Below are positions 7,956-17,418 of a DNA stretch of 43,429 nt, piece after piece; the stretch's first letter is position 1; each line of letters starts with the position of its first letter. The notes under the pieces are model-generated. The model saw only the letters and a list, made by a program, of their open reading frames with translations. It had not been told where the DNA came from and ran no database searches. Position numbers and translations under genes: made by a program. The DNA is from a virus (lineage: Duplodnaviria > Caudoviricetes): positions 1 to 43,429 of IMG/VR virus record IMGVR_UViG_3300044496_000031. One strand, given 5' to 3'.

Positions 7956-10408
7956 TGCGGGATCTTGTCGGCCATCGACGTCCGCGGTCGCGGTGTGATG
8001 TCGAGCTCGATCGGGCGGCCGCGCGCGTCGTGCAACACCTTGCCGGCAGCCGTCAGTTGATAGGCGTCGCGGTTCGGCGACTGCGCGGGGATCAACCCCA
8101 ACGAGTAGAGCGGCGGAATCTTGTAGCCTGCGCTCGCCGCCGCTTCGGTGTACCTGGCCGTGATGTCATCGACGAACCGCGCATCGTCCATGCCCCACGG
8201 CTTGATAACTTTGCCAGTGTCCGACGTCGTCAAGTCGTTTCCGCCCTTGCCGCCGTTCCAATCGTAGACGCCGCCCGTCGCGACGAGGGCGGCCTGCTTC
8301 GCCGCCTCGGTGTTCACGTTGCCGCTAATGTCGCCGAGCTCCGCAAGCTTGCCGGCGTAATACGTGCGATAGAGCTGGTACGCCGCGGCCTCGCCCTGCT
8401 CGTTGCCGCGGAAAGCGTTGCCGACGGTGTTGCGCCACTCGCGCCGCAGATCCTCCTCCTTGGGGAGTGTGAGCGGGCGACCTGGCTTGCCGTCCTCCCC
8501 TTTCTGTCCCTTGGTCGGGTTGAGCACGGCCTCTCCGCGCAGCATCGTCTCGCCGGCGGTCTGCGGTGTGATCGTGACGCCATCGGAGAAGATTCCGCCG
8601 CCGTACTCGAGCGACGTGGTCTTGACGATGAGCCCGCCGACCGCGGCCGTGACCGGAGAATCGGGGCGAATGGCGCCGACGGTCGCGCGGTAGACGTTGT
8701 CATCGGTGAGCGACGTTCGCATTTGCGTCAGAAATTGCATCTGCGTCGACGGAGTCGAGCCGGTCCACTGTTGCCGCAACGCGGCCGCCTCGCCCTTCGT
8801 GAGCGCGTTGTAGTCGCCGGTGCCGTAGCTGTCGCGCATCTTGATCGCCACGCCCTGCCGGCTCTTGAGCTCACTCATTGCCGCCGGTCCATCGGTCCAG
8901 GTGATCGGCGCGACCTGCGCAATGCCCTGCTGACCAGCGGCCCAAATCGGATCGGCCTCGCGCTGCTTGGACACGGTCGCGAGCGCGTTGTCGACGATCT
9001 TCGCCGTGTGCGAGAGCGTGACCATATCGCCCGGTTGCAGTCCTGGCGCGTCGAGCTTCGCGTACGCGGCCGCGCGCGTCGCGTTCATTTGCTCCGGGGT
9101 CATGGTCTGCAGCGAGCCGACGATGGTGCCGGTTTGCTGGATCTCGAGCGCGGCGCGGTAGTGCTGCTCGCCGACGCTCTTGCCGTAGGCGCCGACAAAC
9201 TCCTCGAGCGCCGGGATGGTCGGCGTTTTCCCGAATTCCGCCGCGGTCGCGGCGTCGGCCATGACCACGCGAATGCGCGCTTGCGCCTGGCCCTGCAAGT
9301 GCTGGATCGCCGCGTCGGCGTGCGATTTCATGGCGACAATGTCGGAGACGCTCATGCGCGCCATCCAGGCCGGCGCGTCCTTCTGCAATATCGGCGCGTT
9401 CGGCAGGTCGGTCGGCGGTTGCGACGGTGCGACGTCGACCATGGTGCTCGACATTGCCGCGGCGAGCTGCGTCGGCGTTTGCGCTGGCAAGCGGGCGCGC
9501 GTCTGTGCTATTTCCGTGTTGACTGCGGTGCGCTCCCGGTCGGTGATCCCGGGCGTTTTGAGCTCGTCCTGCAGCATGGAAATGCGCACGCGATCGCGCG
9601 CCGCTTGCTCCTCTGGCGTGACCTTGCCAGTGCCACCGTAGACCGGAGCGGGCTCGGCGGTGTCCTCAACGCGCGAGATCGGGCTCACGGTCACGGTTGA
9701 CGGGGGCACGATGCCGAGCGCGTCATTGGCGAGCCGCTGTGCGGAATACGGGTCGCGCAGCGTGAAGCCGACGGCCGCGGCCTTAGTCAGCGCCGCGTCA
9801 GACTTCTCGCGCAAGTCGTCGCGGATCCGAAGCGGGAGCTTCGATGCCTCGATCTGCTTGTAGACCGCGTCGCGAATCGGCTCGTAGACGGTGTCGTCAT
9901 TGGCGAGCACTTTGGCGAATTGCGTCGTCGAGTCCTGAACCTGCTGGCCCTTGTATTCGATCGCCTGCTGCGCCTGCCACGAGATTGATTTCTCGTACAT
10001 ATGCAACCCGAGGGTTGCCATGTTCGCGCGAAGGAATTGCTGCGCCTTTTGGTTGGTCGTGCTGCCAACGACGATCGCGGCGTGCTCGTCGAACTGCTGC
10101 ATGAATTTCGGCGCGAACCCTTCGGGGTTGTCGCCCTGCGCGTCCTGCGCTTCTGCGAGCTGCTGGTAGGCCGATGCCGCTGCCCTGGCTGACGTGACGT
10201 GCGCCTCGGCGACCGCGTTCTCATCCTCGCGGTGGCGCTCGATCTGCTGCTGGCGCTGGATCGCGCTGCTGACATTGTCGAGCGCGCCACCGAATGACGC
10301 GACGGCGAGCCCGGTGTTGTCGAGCGGTGCGCGCGCGTCGCCGGGGCGCCGGCTGCCCGCGTTGGGGTCGACGCCGACGTTCGGCTCGTAAGTGGGTAGC
10401 CTGGCCAT
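7952..10408 (-). CDS. Internal virion/ejection protein
   Basis: 818 aa, starts MARLPTYE, helical, C-terminal KVIKPWGMD; second of four genes in the ejection cluster. Confidence 0.75.
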   Translation of the reverse strand: MARLPTYEPNVGVDPNAGSRRPGDARAPLDNTGLAVASFGGALDNVSSAIQRQQQIERHREDENAVAEAHVTSARAAASAYQQLAEAQDAQGDNPEGFAPKFMQQFDEHAAIVVGSTTNQKAQQFLRANMATLGLHMYEKSISWQAQQAIEYKGQQVQDSTTQFAKVLANDDTVYEPIRDAVYKQIEASKLPLRIRDDLREKSDAALTKAAAVGFTLRDPYSAQRLANDALGIVPPSTVTVSPISRVEDTAEPAPVYGGTGKVTPEEQAARDRVRISMLQDELKTPGITDRERTAVNTEIAQTRARLPAQTPTQLAAAMSSTMVDVAPSQPPTDLPNAPILQKDAPAWMARMSVSDIVAMKSHADAAIQHLQGQAQARIRVVMADAATAAEFGKTPTIPALEEFVGAYGKSVGEQHYRAALEIQQTGTIVGSLQTMTPEQMNATRAAAYAKLDAPGLQPGDMVTLSHTAKIVDNALATVSKQREADPIWAAGQQGIAQVAPITWTDGPAAMSELKSRQGVAIKMRDSYGTGDYNALTKGEAAALRQQWTGSTPSTQMQFLTQMRTSLTDDNVYRATVGAIRPDSPVTAAVGGLIVKTTSLEYGGGIFSDGVTITPQTAGETMLRGEAVLNPTKGQKGEDGKPGRPLTLPKEEDLRREWRNTVGNAFRGNEQGEAAAYQLYRTYYAGKLAELGDISGNVNTEAAKQAALVATGGVYDWNGGKGGNDLTTSDTGKVIKPWGMDDARFVDDITARYTEAAASAGYKIPPLYSLGLIPAQSPNRDAYQLTAAGKVLHDARGRPIELDITPRPRTSMADKIPQ

Positions 10409-10942
10409 TTATCCGCCGCCTCCGAACGTAGAGCCGCCGCCCGAGCGCGCGCCCATGCCGCCGTAGTAGCTGGCTGCGCTGTTGACGATCCCGGTCGCCG
10501 CGCCCCAATAACCGGCCGTGCGCGCAGCGCCGGCGCCAGCGTGCGACAAAGACGCCTGGTATCGTTCCTGCTCGGCCGCGACCTTGAATCCGCGCGCGCG
10601 CAAGTCAGTGTTGTAGATCGTGCTCAACGAATCGAGCTCGGCATTGGTCGCTGACTGCTTGGCGATCGCGAGCGCCGATCCGCTCGTAATGTCGAACCCG
10701 GATTCAGCAAGGGCCGCGGCTTGTTCGCCGAGGATCCCGCCCGCGCGCCGGCGCACCGCGGCCTCTTGCGCCGTGCCCTGCTGCCAGGCAACGACCGCAT
10801 TCTGTTCGGCGAGCTGCGCGTTGTAGTCAGCCTGCGCGCCCTGCTGATTGAGCTGCGCCGCGCGCGCGTTGCCCTCCTGCACCGAGCCGATCGCTTTGGT
10901 AGCAGCGGCAGCGATGGTGACGCCGACAGCGATCCAAGACAC
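10409..10942 (-). CDS. Small internal virion (ejection) protein
   Basis: 177 aa, Ala/Gln-rich with hydrophobic N-terminus and G-x-Q-x-A-x-x-A-x-SG...GSAL motif. Confidence 0.75.
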   Translation of the reverse strand: MSWIAVGVTIAAAATKAIGSVQEGNARAAQLNQQGAQADYNAQLAEQNAVVAWQQGTAQEAAVRRRAGGILGEQAAALAESGFDITSGSALAIAKQSATNAELDSLSTIYNTDLRARGFKVAAEQERYQASLSHAGAGAARTAGYWGAATGIVNSAASYYGGMGARSGGGSTFGGGG

Positions 10943-10943
10943 G

Positions 10944-11360
10944 TTAGCCCTCCACCAGTTTCGGCGTGCGAAATGCGAGATATTCGTCGTGGTCCTTGGC
11001 GATGAGCTGCGCCTCGAGCCGCGAGAGGTCGGTTTCGTGAGTGCCGTGGATGGTCGTCCAAGTCGTGTCCTCGTGCGCCCATCCGACGCGCTTGGTTCCC
11101 GGCGGCGAGATCATCGTGAACGGCGCGCGGATCTCTTTCATGCCGTTCTCGGTGAGCACTGTTATGTGCCCCTGGCTGATGATGTTGATGTGCTCATGCT
11201 TGTGAATTTTCCCGGTGACGACGCTGCCCGCCGGAATCGTGATCTCGCGCGCGTAAACGCCGTCCGCAAACCAGTGGCGAACGGGAATCTCGATTTGCGG
11301 CATCGTGCGCATTTCGTCCTCGAGCCGCTGGATCTGGTCGCGCATCGCCGGGGCGTTCAT
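10944..11360 (-). CDS. Cupin-like phage protein
   Basis: Start re-called at ATG 11360 (ATGA overlap). HWFADGVYAREITIPAGSVVTGKIHKHEH...SPPGTKR...HEDTTWTTIH. Confidence 0.7.
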   Translation of the reverse strand: MNAPAMRDQIQRLEDEMRTMPQIEIPVRHWFADGVYAREITIPAGSVVTGKIHKHEHINIISQGHITVLTENGMKEIRAPFTMISPPGTKRVGWAHEDTTWTTIHGTHETDLSRLEAQLIAKDHDEYLAFRTPKLVEG

Positions 11361-11755
11361 TTCACCCTCGAGTACAAGTGCGCCTGGCTGCCGTCGGGGA
11401 AATAGGAGCGCAGGATGCCCTCGAAGCTGAACCCCAGGCGCAGCGCCCACTCGTCGGCTCGCGGGAAACGGATGTCGGCCACCAGCTCGATGCGACGGAA
11501 ATGCGAGCTCTCGACAACGCCCTTGACCACGCGATGCACAAAGGGCAGTTTCGCCGCGTTGCTTCGGTTGAGCAGCGTCCACGCGATCGCGCGCCCCTCG
11601 CACATATCGACAATCCCGCCCACGCACCAAACGCCGTCATCGTCGACGGCCGCGTAAGCGCCCTCACGGATGAGCTCGACGACGTTCGGCAACGATGCGA
11701 GCTCGGCCGGGTGAACGGCGAGGAAATGCTCGACGGTGGCGGGAACGATCTGCAT
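11357..11755 (-). CDS. GNAT-like acetyltransferase-fold protein of the podovirus tail region
   Basis: WALRLGFSFEGILRSY motif; usual position upstream of the ejection genes. Confidence 0.7.
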   Translation of the reverse strand: MQIVPATVEHFLAVHPAELASLPNVVELIREGAYAAVDDDGVWCVGGIVDMCEGRAIAWTLLNRSNAAKLPFVHRVVKGVVESSHFRRIELVADIRFPRADEWALRLGFSFEGILRSYFPDGSQAHLYSRVK

Positions 11756-11756
11756 T

Positions 11757-12401
11757 TCAATTCGTGTTGAAGTCGATCCGGCGCCCGGTGCCGCAGTCAG
11801 CGCGCGGGCAAGTATTCACGCCCGGCCAGCTACCGGCTGACGGCAGGCGATTCACGATCGTCACCCAATAGTCAGTGTTCGGCTGGATGGTGACTGAATA
11901 ACCTGGCGTCGGCGTGCCGACCGACATCTTGATCGACGGCGTTTGACTCGCCACCGCAAACAGGATCGGCGGCGCGGGCGGGTACTGACGCGCGACGTTG
12001 CACCCCTGCGCAGGCGATAGGCTTGCAACGACGACGTTGTAATTCGGCCCGCTCGTGTTGCCGAGATTGAAGGATGCCTTGTCACCCAACCCGCCGCTGC
12101 GGAAGTGAATCACTAGCGCCGAGGTCGGGCCGAAGTAGCCAAGCGCCTGATTCACGTTGGAGGATGTCGGCCATTGCGTCTCCATCGGAGACACGCCGAA
12201 ACCGTCGCAACCCGTCGTGTAGATCGGCGGCGGGATAACCGGCGGCGCCGGCGGCGGTGGCACGCCTGGATCGCTGCAGGCAATCGTCAATTGCGTCCCG
12301 GTGTTGCTGATAACGGTCAGATTCGGGCACGCCTTGACGGCGATGTCGGCCGCGCCGGCGATGCCAGCGACGAACCAAAGCAGAATGGCGAGGCGCTTCA
12401 T
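11757..12401 (-). CDS. Secreted Pro/Cys-rich hypothetical protein
   Basis: Start re-called at ATG 12401 (ATGA overlap with the endolysin stop). MKRLAILLWFVAGIAGA signal peptide, PPPPAPPVIPPP linker, six Cys. Confidence 0.7.
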   Translation of the reverse strand: MKRLAILLWFVAGIAGAADIAVKACPNLTVISNTGTQLTIACSDPGVPPPPAPPVIPPPIYTTGCDGFGVSPMETQWPTSSNVNQALGYFGPTSALVIHFRSGGLGDKASFNLGNTSGPNYNVVVASLSPAQGCNVARQYPPAPPILFAVASQTPSIKMSVGTPTPGYSVTIQPNTDYWVTIVNRLPSAGSWPGVNTCPRADCGTGRRIDFNTN

Positions 12402-13585
12402 GCGGTCCCCTTGTTGGCGAGCTGTGCGATGGTCGCGTCCTTCGCCGCGCTGTTGCGCGACGATCCAAGATAGAAGCCGAGGACCGCGGTGAGCGCGCCG
12501 CCGACGATTGCGCCGATGACGAACGCCTGCATATCGGTCGAGAAGCTGCCACGGAAAAGCACGGCGTACACGACGAGGTACACCAGGATCATCACCATCA
12601 CGGCAATGAGGAAGGTCGGATTCCCCCAAATCGGGCCGCTGTCCTGTTGCTGAATCCCGCGCGTGGCCGCCGCGTTGCGTGACGTCTCGGCGTCGAGGAA
12701 GGCGCTGCGGTCGTACTCGTTCAAGCGATCGAGCACGGGGAGGAGTTTATTGAGCTCGTCGGCAACGCTCGGGCTCGCGAGCACGGCCTGTGCAGCCATC
12801 GCGGCGACCTTCGGGTCGGACTGCGCCAGCTCTACCGCTTGCTGTGTGTTGACCGCGCCCGGGACTGCCTTCGTGAACGTGTCGATGATCGACGACACGA
12901 GCGGGATGTAGTCGGATGCGTGCGGCGAGCCGCCGGCGGCGCCGGTGGTCGGGACCGCGTTGACGACGCCCTGCAGGCCCGGGATCTTAAAGAGCTGCGG
13001 GATGAGCTGCATTATCATCGGCAGGAAGATTGCGGCGGCGCCCATGGGTTTCTCCGGTTGTGCTGGTAGCGTTGTCGAGCGGTCCTCGATCGGCGCGGCG
13101 GGTTGTGTTTGGCCGGCGAGCGTGCCGCCGTATTGTTGGAATACCAGCGCCGCCTTGGCGAGCGTATAGCGGCCGCTGTTCTCGTTGGCGCCTGGCAGCG
13201 ATGTCCACTCGTTGCGGCACTTGAATATGGCGATCTCGAGCCGGCCGGCCTCAACGTCCTCGAGCGCGCCGCGCTGCTTGATGAGCCAGAGCGCGCACTC
13301 CCCTTGCGATTCGGGGGAGAAGTCGCGCGGGCCCACCGCAGCGGTGAATCGGTCCCACGTCGTTTCGGTGATCTGGAATGCGCCGGCCGCGCTGGTCGTG
13401 CTCATCGGTGGCGCGCTGCGCCAATTCTCAACGAGCTTGTGCGTGTCGCGATCGAAGTGAATGCGGGGATGGTCGGCCGTGCTTTGGAACGTCGAGCCGT
13501 AGACGATCAGATAAAACGCGCGCGCGTCCTGCGAGGACTCACCTTCGCGAATGACTCGCAGGAACGCGGCGCTATTGGGTGACAC
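12398..13585 (-). CDS. Endolysin (lambda R-like lytic transglycosylase/lysozyme) fused to a holin-like membrane domain
   Basis: AFLRVIREGES, TSAAGAFQI, DFSPESQ and EWTSLPG at the N-terminus; two C-terminal hydrophobic helices ending GFYLGSSRNSAAKD. Confidence 0.85.
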   Translation of the reverse strand: MSPNSAAFLRVIREGESSQDARAFYLIVYGSTFQSTADHPRIHFDRDTHKLVENWRSAPPMSTTSAAGAFQITETTWDRFTAAVGPRDFSPESQGECALWLIKQRGALEDVEAGRLEIAIFKCRNEWTSLPGANENSGRYTLAKAALVFQQYGGTLAGQTQPAAPIEDRSTTLPAQPEKPMGAAAIFLPMIMQLIPQLFKIPGLQGVVNAVPTTGAAGGSPHASDYIPLVSSIIDTFTKAVPGAVNTQQAVELAQSDPKVAAMAAQAVLASPSVADELNKLLPVLDRLNEYDRSAFLDAETSRNAAATRGIQQQDSGPIWGNPTFLIAVMVMILVYLVVYAVLFRGSFSTDMQAFVIGAIVGGALTAVLGFYLGSSRNSAAKDATIAQLANKGTA

Positions 13586-13597
13586 GTCGGCCGATCC

Positions 13598-13822
13598 TTA
13601 GTCGGTGGTGTCGGGGTCGGGGTTGGCCGCGACCGCATCGGAGAGCGGAGTGTCGGACGCCAGGATGCGATCGGTGAAGGCCGTGAGCACGGCCGGGTTG
13701 GTGGCGTTCGCCGCGACATACTTGGCGAACTCTTGGATCAGCACCTTCGCCGAGGCTTTCACGCCCTCGGTTTGTGTGACCGCTGCTTCCATTGCTGCTA
13801 CTGCATCGCTTGCTGCTGACAT
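13598..13822 (-). CDS. Small hypothetical protein (lysis region)
   Basis: Strong RBS (AAGGAG) before the ATG; 74 aa, ends NPDPDTTD. Confidence 0.75.
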   Translation of the reverse strand: MSAASDAVAAMEAAVTQTEGVKASAKVLIQEFAKYVAANATNPAVLTAFTDRILASDTPLSDAVAANPDPDTTD

Positions 13823-13881
13823 GGTTGAATCTCCTTAGGGGATTGAACGCAAAGCGGGCTCACGCCCTCCGTGCTCTTGGG

Positions 13882-14079
13882 TTAATCGGTTGTGTCGGGG
13901 TCGGGATAGGCGTCGAGCGTCGCTTGCAGATCTACGTTGCTCGCGGCGAGACGAACCGCCAGAGCTTTCACCTTGGGAACGATGCTGCGTTCGGCGGCGA
14001 TGTCCTGCAGAAGTTTGAGCAGGCCGGGCTCGAGGGAAATGCGAATTTCGACGGTCTTGGGCATGATGATCCAGGGCAC
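13882..14079 (-). CDS. Small hypothetical protein (lysis region)
   Basis: RBS AAGGAG before the GTG; 65 aa, ends YPDPDTTD. Confidence 0.65.
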   Translation of the reverse strand: MPWIIMPKTVEIRISLEPGLLKLLQDIAAERSIVPKVKALAVRLAASNVDLQATLDAYPDPDTTD

Positions 14080-14091
14080 GATTCTCTCCTT

Positions 14092-14481
14092 TTAGATCCC
14101 GCAAAAAAGTTTCCAGGCGTGAAGGTTGCAACCCCATTGCCACGCGGCGACGGCGCCGGCCAGCGTGCCGACGATCGCTATGGTCGCAATCGCCTTGGTT
14201 CCGAGCCATGCGACGAAATCGCTAACGTGACCGACGAACCGCGTCCCCTTCTGAATGTTGAGGTAGGCGTCGAGGACCGGCTGCAGCTCGTCGCGCCAGT
14301 TGCCGGTTGTCTCGATGTGCTCCTTCTGCCTTTCGGCGATGGTGGTGACGCGAGTAACCAGGCCGCTCATCGTGCTGTCCTGCGTGTTGAGCCGCGCATC
14401 CATGTGCTCGCGCAGCGAATCAAGCCGCTTGCCTAACACGTCCTCCCTCCGGCGTTCGATCGTTTCGTCGCTATCGGTCAA
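14092..14481 (-). CDS. Membrane-anchored coiled-coil protein (possible holin/lysis accessory)
   Basis: Helical N-terminus with one C-terminal hydrophobic segment; overlaps the tail tube B stop. Confidence 0.6.
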   Translation of the reverse strand: MTDSDETIERRREDVLGKRLDSLREHMDARLNTQDSTMSGLVTRVTTIAERQKEHIETTGNWRDELQPVLDAYLNIQKGTRFVGHVSDFVAWLGTKAIATIAIVGTLAGAVAAWQWGCNLHAWKLFCGI

Positions 14482-16817
14482 CGCGAATCCTCAACAGTGA
14501 GCTTCGGATAAACCGCGGAAACCGTGTGCGGCAACGGTTGGTCCTGCTCGAAATAGATCGTCGGCTCGTCAACGAATGCCAGCGTGGGCTCGACGTAGAA
14601 ATTTCCGCTTTGCAGCGGGACCGGGTCATTCATGCCCATATCCTGCCGGCGCATTTCCTCGCGGTCGATCGTCGGATCCGTCGGCGTGATCGCGTAGCGG
14701 AAGCCCACCGAATTGAGCACGCGCACGACGAACGCGAACACCTTGGAAATCTTCCCCTGCGGTGCGCCGGTCGCGCTGCTTCCCTGCAGCGGCAACGAGT
14801 GATAACGCGACACGGGCCGGAAACCTATGCGGCCTTGTCGAATGTCGGCCGTGGGCTCGATCGCCATGCCGGCCGCGGTGACGATCGTGTCGGGCAGCAC
14901 GCAGCCGTTGAGCAGTCCCGCCACTGTCGAGCCGACCGGGAACTGAACTGTTGGCAGCACGATATTGGTCGCGCCCGAGGCCACGTTCACGGGCTGCGAG
15001 CAGTCGAGATAATTCGCGTTCAGCGTGTTGGGAATGTCGTGCGTGTAATACTGGCCGGCAAAGATGAGATCGACCGCCGGCCCGATGAGCTCGATGGTCG
15101 TCGCGGAGGCTGCAGGCGCTTCCTGGCGCCGAACAATCATCCACAGATCATCGTTCACGCCGTCGGGTGACTTCACCGTCGCCATTGCCGACACCAGCGG
15201 CCCATCGGGGAAAAAGAAGCGATTGCCGCCGAGGAAGTGCCGCGCCCATCCGTAGACCTTTTGCTTGCGGTCATAGGTCAGACTGAACAGGCGCCCCGTG
15301 TTCGCCGCGGCCCACAGCACCGACTCCGGTTGCCGCTGGTGCACGATCGACAGATAACCGCCGGGCGGCGCCAGGTGCTCGGCCAGCATCGACAGATCGT
15401 CGGACTGCCAGGCGTCATTCGTGAAATCGTACGAGAGCTCGCGCACGCGCTTGCCGCCGCGCTGCAGGTAGAGGAGCGAGTTATCGACGCGAATTGGCAG
15501 GCCCGCGCGCGAGCCGTAGCCGGTGTGCGGCACGGCTTGGGCGTTACCAGGCCCGAACGGCTCCGCGGTCGCCTGGGGCCCGATTGCCCACTCTCCGCTG
15601 GCGGTTCCGGCGAGCAGCACGCCGCCGCCTGCAGCCAGCCAGAGCACGCGATCGTTGCGCACGCCGGCGAGCGTCCCGGTGTACGCGAGATCGCGCTGCG
15701 GTTCGCCGCCAAAGGTCGCGGTGAAATTCTCGAAATCGCCGGCGACGCTCGTCCAGATCGTGTTATCCCGAGCGAAGCACAGGCGCTCGCGAAAGAACGC
15801 GACCGACGAGGGAAACCCCGCGGCCAGGGTCCACGCCTGGCGCGCCCACCGCGTCGTGGCGTCGGTGACAAGCGAGCCCGGGAGCTCAAGCGCAATGGTC
15901 GCGATAACGGTCGTGCTGTTGGTGAATGCGGTGATCGCCGCCACGCCATAGCCGTCGTCCGTGAAGCGCCAATGCACGCCGGTATCGCCGTCAGCGCGCG
16001 AGCCGACCACGTGCGAAGGCGGGAAAGTGCCGGTCGTCGCGGTGCTCAACGCAATGTAGTTGTGCCCGTTGGAGCGACGGCGATCGCCAATCGTGACCGC
16101 CTTGCCGGCCTCCCATTGCTTGATGACGTCGGCCTTTAGCTGCTCCAAGTAGAAATAGAGGGCGACGTCGGACGGGGCGAACAGCGGCGCCGACGCGGTC
16201 AGCGTGACGCCGACGCCGGTGGTAGCACTCGCCGAGACGGTTATCGTCTCCAACGGATTCACGTCGTTGAATGGCGTGGGGATGTTGTTGCCGTCGCCCA
16301 TGTACGCGAACGCGAATTTGTACTGCGCGATGCGCGTGAGCTTCACGACCAGCGAATTCTTGCAGGCGATCCACATGACGTCGTTCGATTGCGCCCATTG
16401 CAGGCCGAGCCCGTCCGGCGAGGCGTGCTCGTCCTTGACCAATAGGTCCGACGTCTGCCACGGGGTTGCGAGCTCCGCGGGTGCGCCAACAAAGAACGGC
16501 GACCATGAACCGGCGTTGTCGACGATCTGCCGGCGCGTCGCCGCGTCCCAAAAGCGCATGTACCCGCCGCCGACCTCGAGAATGAACTCGTTGGCGGTAC
16601 TCGCCGCGAACGGGATCAAGATGACGGTGCCGCCCTGCTTCGTGGCGCCGATGTACTGCGTTCCCAAGCGCCGCCGCAGCGGACCTTGCACAGTCGGAAT
16701 GTAGTTTTCGCAGAGCTGCGCCGATGAGGCGTATTTCTCGTAGTCGGTGCGCGCGTGCATCAACGGCGAGACTTCGCCCCCGTTGAAATTGACGAGCGCC
16801 GGATCTCCGCGGGCCAC
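14478..16817 (-). CDS. Tail tubular protein B (nozzle)
   Basis: Start re-called at GTG 16817. NFNGGEVSPLM.AR.D..KY, QGPLRRRLGT, QSNDVM, GFPSSVAFFRERL and GWARH motifs. Confidence 0.85.
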   Translation of the reverse strand: MARGDPALVNFNGGEVSPLMHARTDYEKYASSAQLCENYIPTVQGPLRRRLGTQYIGATKQGGTVILIPFAASTANEFILEVGGGYMRFWDAATRRQIVDNAGSWSPFFVGAPAELATPWQTSDLLVKDEHASPDGLGLQWAQSNDVMWIACKNSLVVKLTRIAQYKFAFAYMGDGNNIPTPFNDVNPLETITVSASATTGVGVTLTASAPLFAPSDVALYFYLEQLKADVIKQWEAGKAVTIGDRRRSNGHNYIALSTATTGTFPPSHVVGSRADGDTGVHWRFTDDGYGVAAITAFTNSTTVIATIALELPGSLVTDATTRWARQAWTLAAGFPSSVAFFRERLCFARDNTIWTSVAGDFENFTATFGGEPQRDLAYTGTLAGVRNDRVLWLAAGGGVLLAGTASGEWAIGPQATAEPFGPGNAQAVPHTGYGSRAGLPIRVDNSLLYLQRGGKRVRELSYDFTNDAWQSDDLSMLAEHLAPPGGYLSIVHQRQPESVLWAAANTGRLFSLTYDRKQKVYGWARHFLGGNRFFFPDGPLVSAMATVKSPDGVNDDLWMIVRRQEAPAASATTIELIGPAVDLIFAGQYYTHDIPNTLNANYLDCSQPVNVASGATNIVLPTVQFPVGSTVAGLLNGCVLPDTIVTAAGMAIEPTADIRQGRIGFRPVSRYHSLPLQGSSATGAPQGKISKVFAFVVRVLNSVGFRYAITPTDPTIDREEMRRQDMGMNDPVPLQSGNFYVEPTLAFVDEPTIYFEQDQPLPHTVSAVYPKLTVEDSR

Positions 16818-16818
16818 G

Positions 16819-17418
16819 TCAGATCCTCGACGCAATCCAAGCGTTGTCGGGCTGCGCCTCGGGCGGTGTTTCAAAGGCATTCATGCGGCTCGCCGTGCCG
16901 ATGACGCCGACGTAATCGACCTCGATGCTCTGCTTTTTGCTGCTGCTCTCCGTGATCGCGTGACAGGTCACAGTCGCGAGGCGGTGCGCGAATGCGCTCA
17001 AGAATGCCGCATCGAACTGCGAGGCGTCGGTCACGTCGGAGACGTAACGAACGGGGAGCGGTGCGGCGAGGTTGCTGCGAATCTTCCGGCCCTCAATCTT
17101 GTACGTCGAAGTGTCCGAGCCGATGTAATCGTCCGTGACCAGGCCGACCCAAAACTCACTGACCTGGACGACGCGCAGGCAATCGACCGGGAGCTGATAT
17201 TCGAGGTTGAATCCCCAGGTGGGCACGCTCACCAGCGCCGGCAGCGAAGCGCGCACCATCGCGAAGGCCCAATTATTCGCGCGCAGCTCGGCCTTGCGCA
17301 CGAGATCGTAATTCGCCTTCATTACGCGCGCGCGCTTGACCTGGTCGTCGAGCGACGTGATCGGGTCCGCGCCCATGAGGGTGAGCGCGAGATTGGCGAT
17401 GTCGACGGGTGCAGCCAT
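16819..17418 (-). CDS. Tail tubular protein A (adaptor)
   Basis: VDIANLAL..MGADPITSL, WAFA, YQLPVDCLR and FDAAF motifs. Confidence 0.85.
   Translation of the reverse strand: MAAPVDIANLALTLMGADPITSLDDQVKRARVMKANYDLVRKAELRANNWAFAMVRASLPALVSVPTWGFNLEYQLPVDCLRVVQVSEFWVGLVTDDYIGSDTSTYKIEGRKIRSNLAAPLPVRYVSDVTDASQFDAAFLSAFAHRLATVTCHAITESSSKKQSIEVDYVGVIGTASRMNAFETPPEAQPDNAWIASRI

Noticed and set aside
7886-9700. Long plus-strand ORFs opposite structural genes (e.g. 604 aa here, 3190-4539, 4731-5969, 19289-20674)
   Set aside because: Antisense shadows of GC-rich genes: Arg-rich, no motifs, fully overlapping well-supported minus-strand CDSs.
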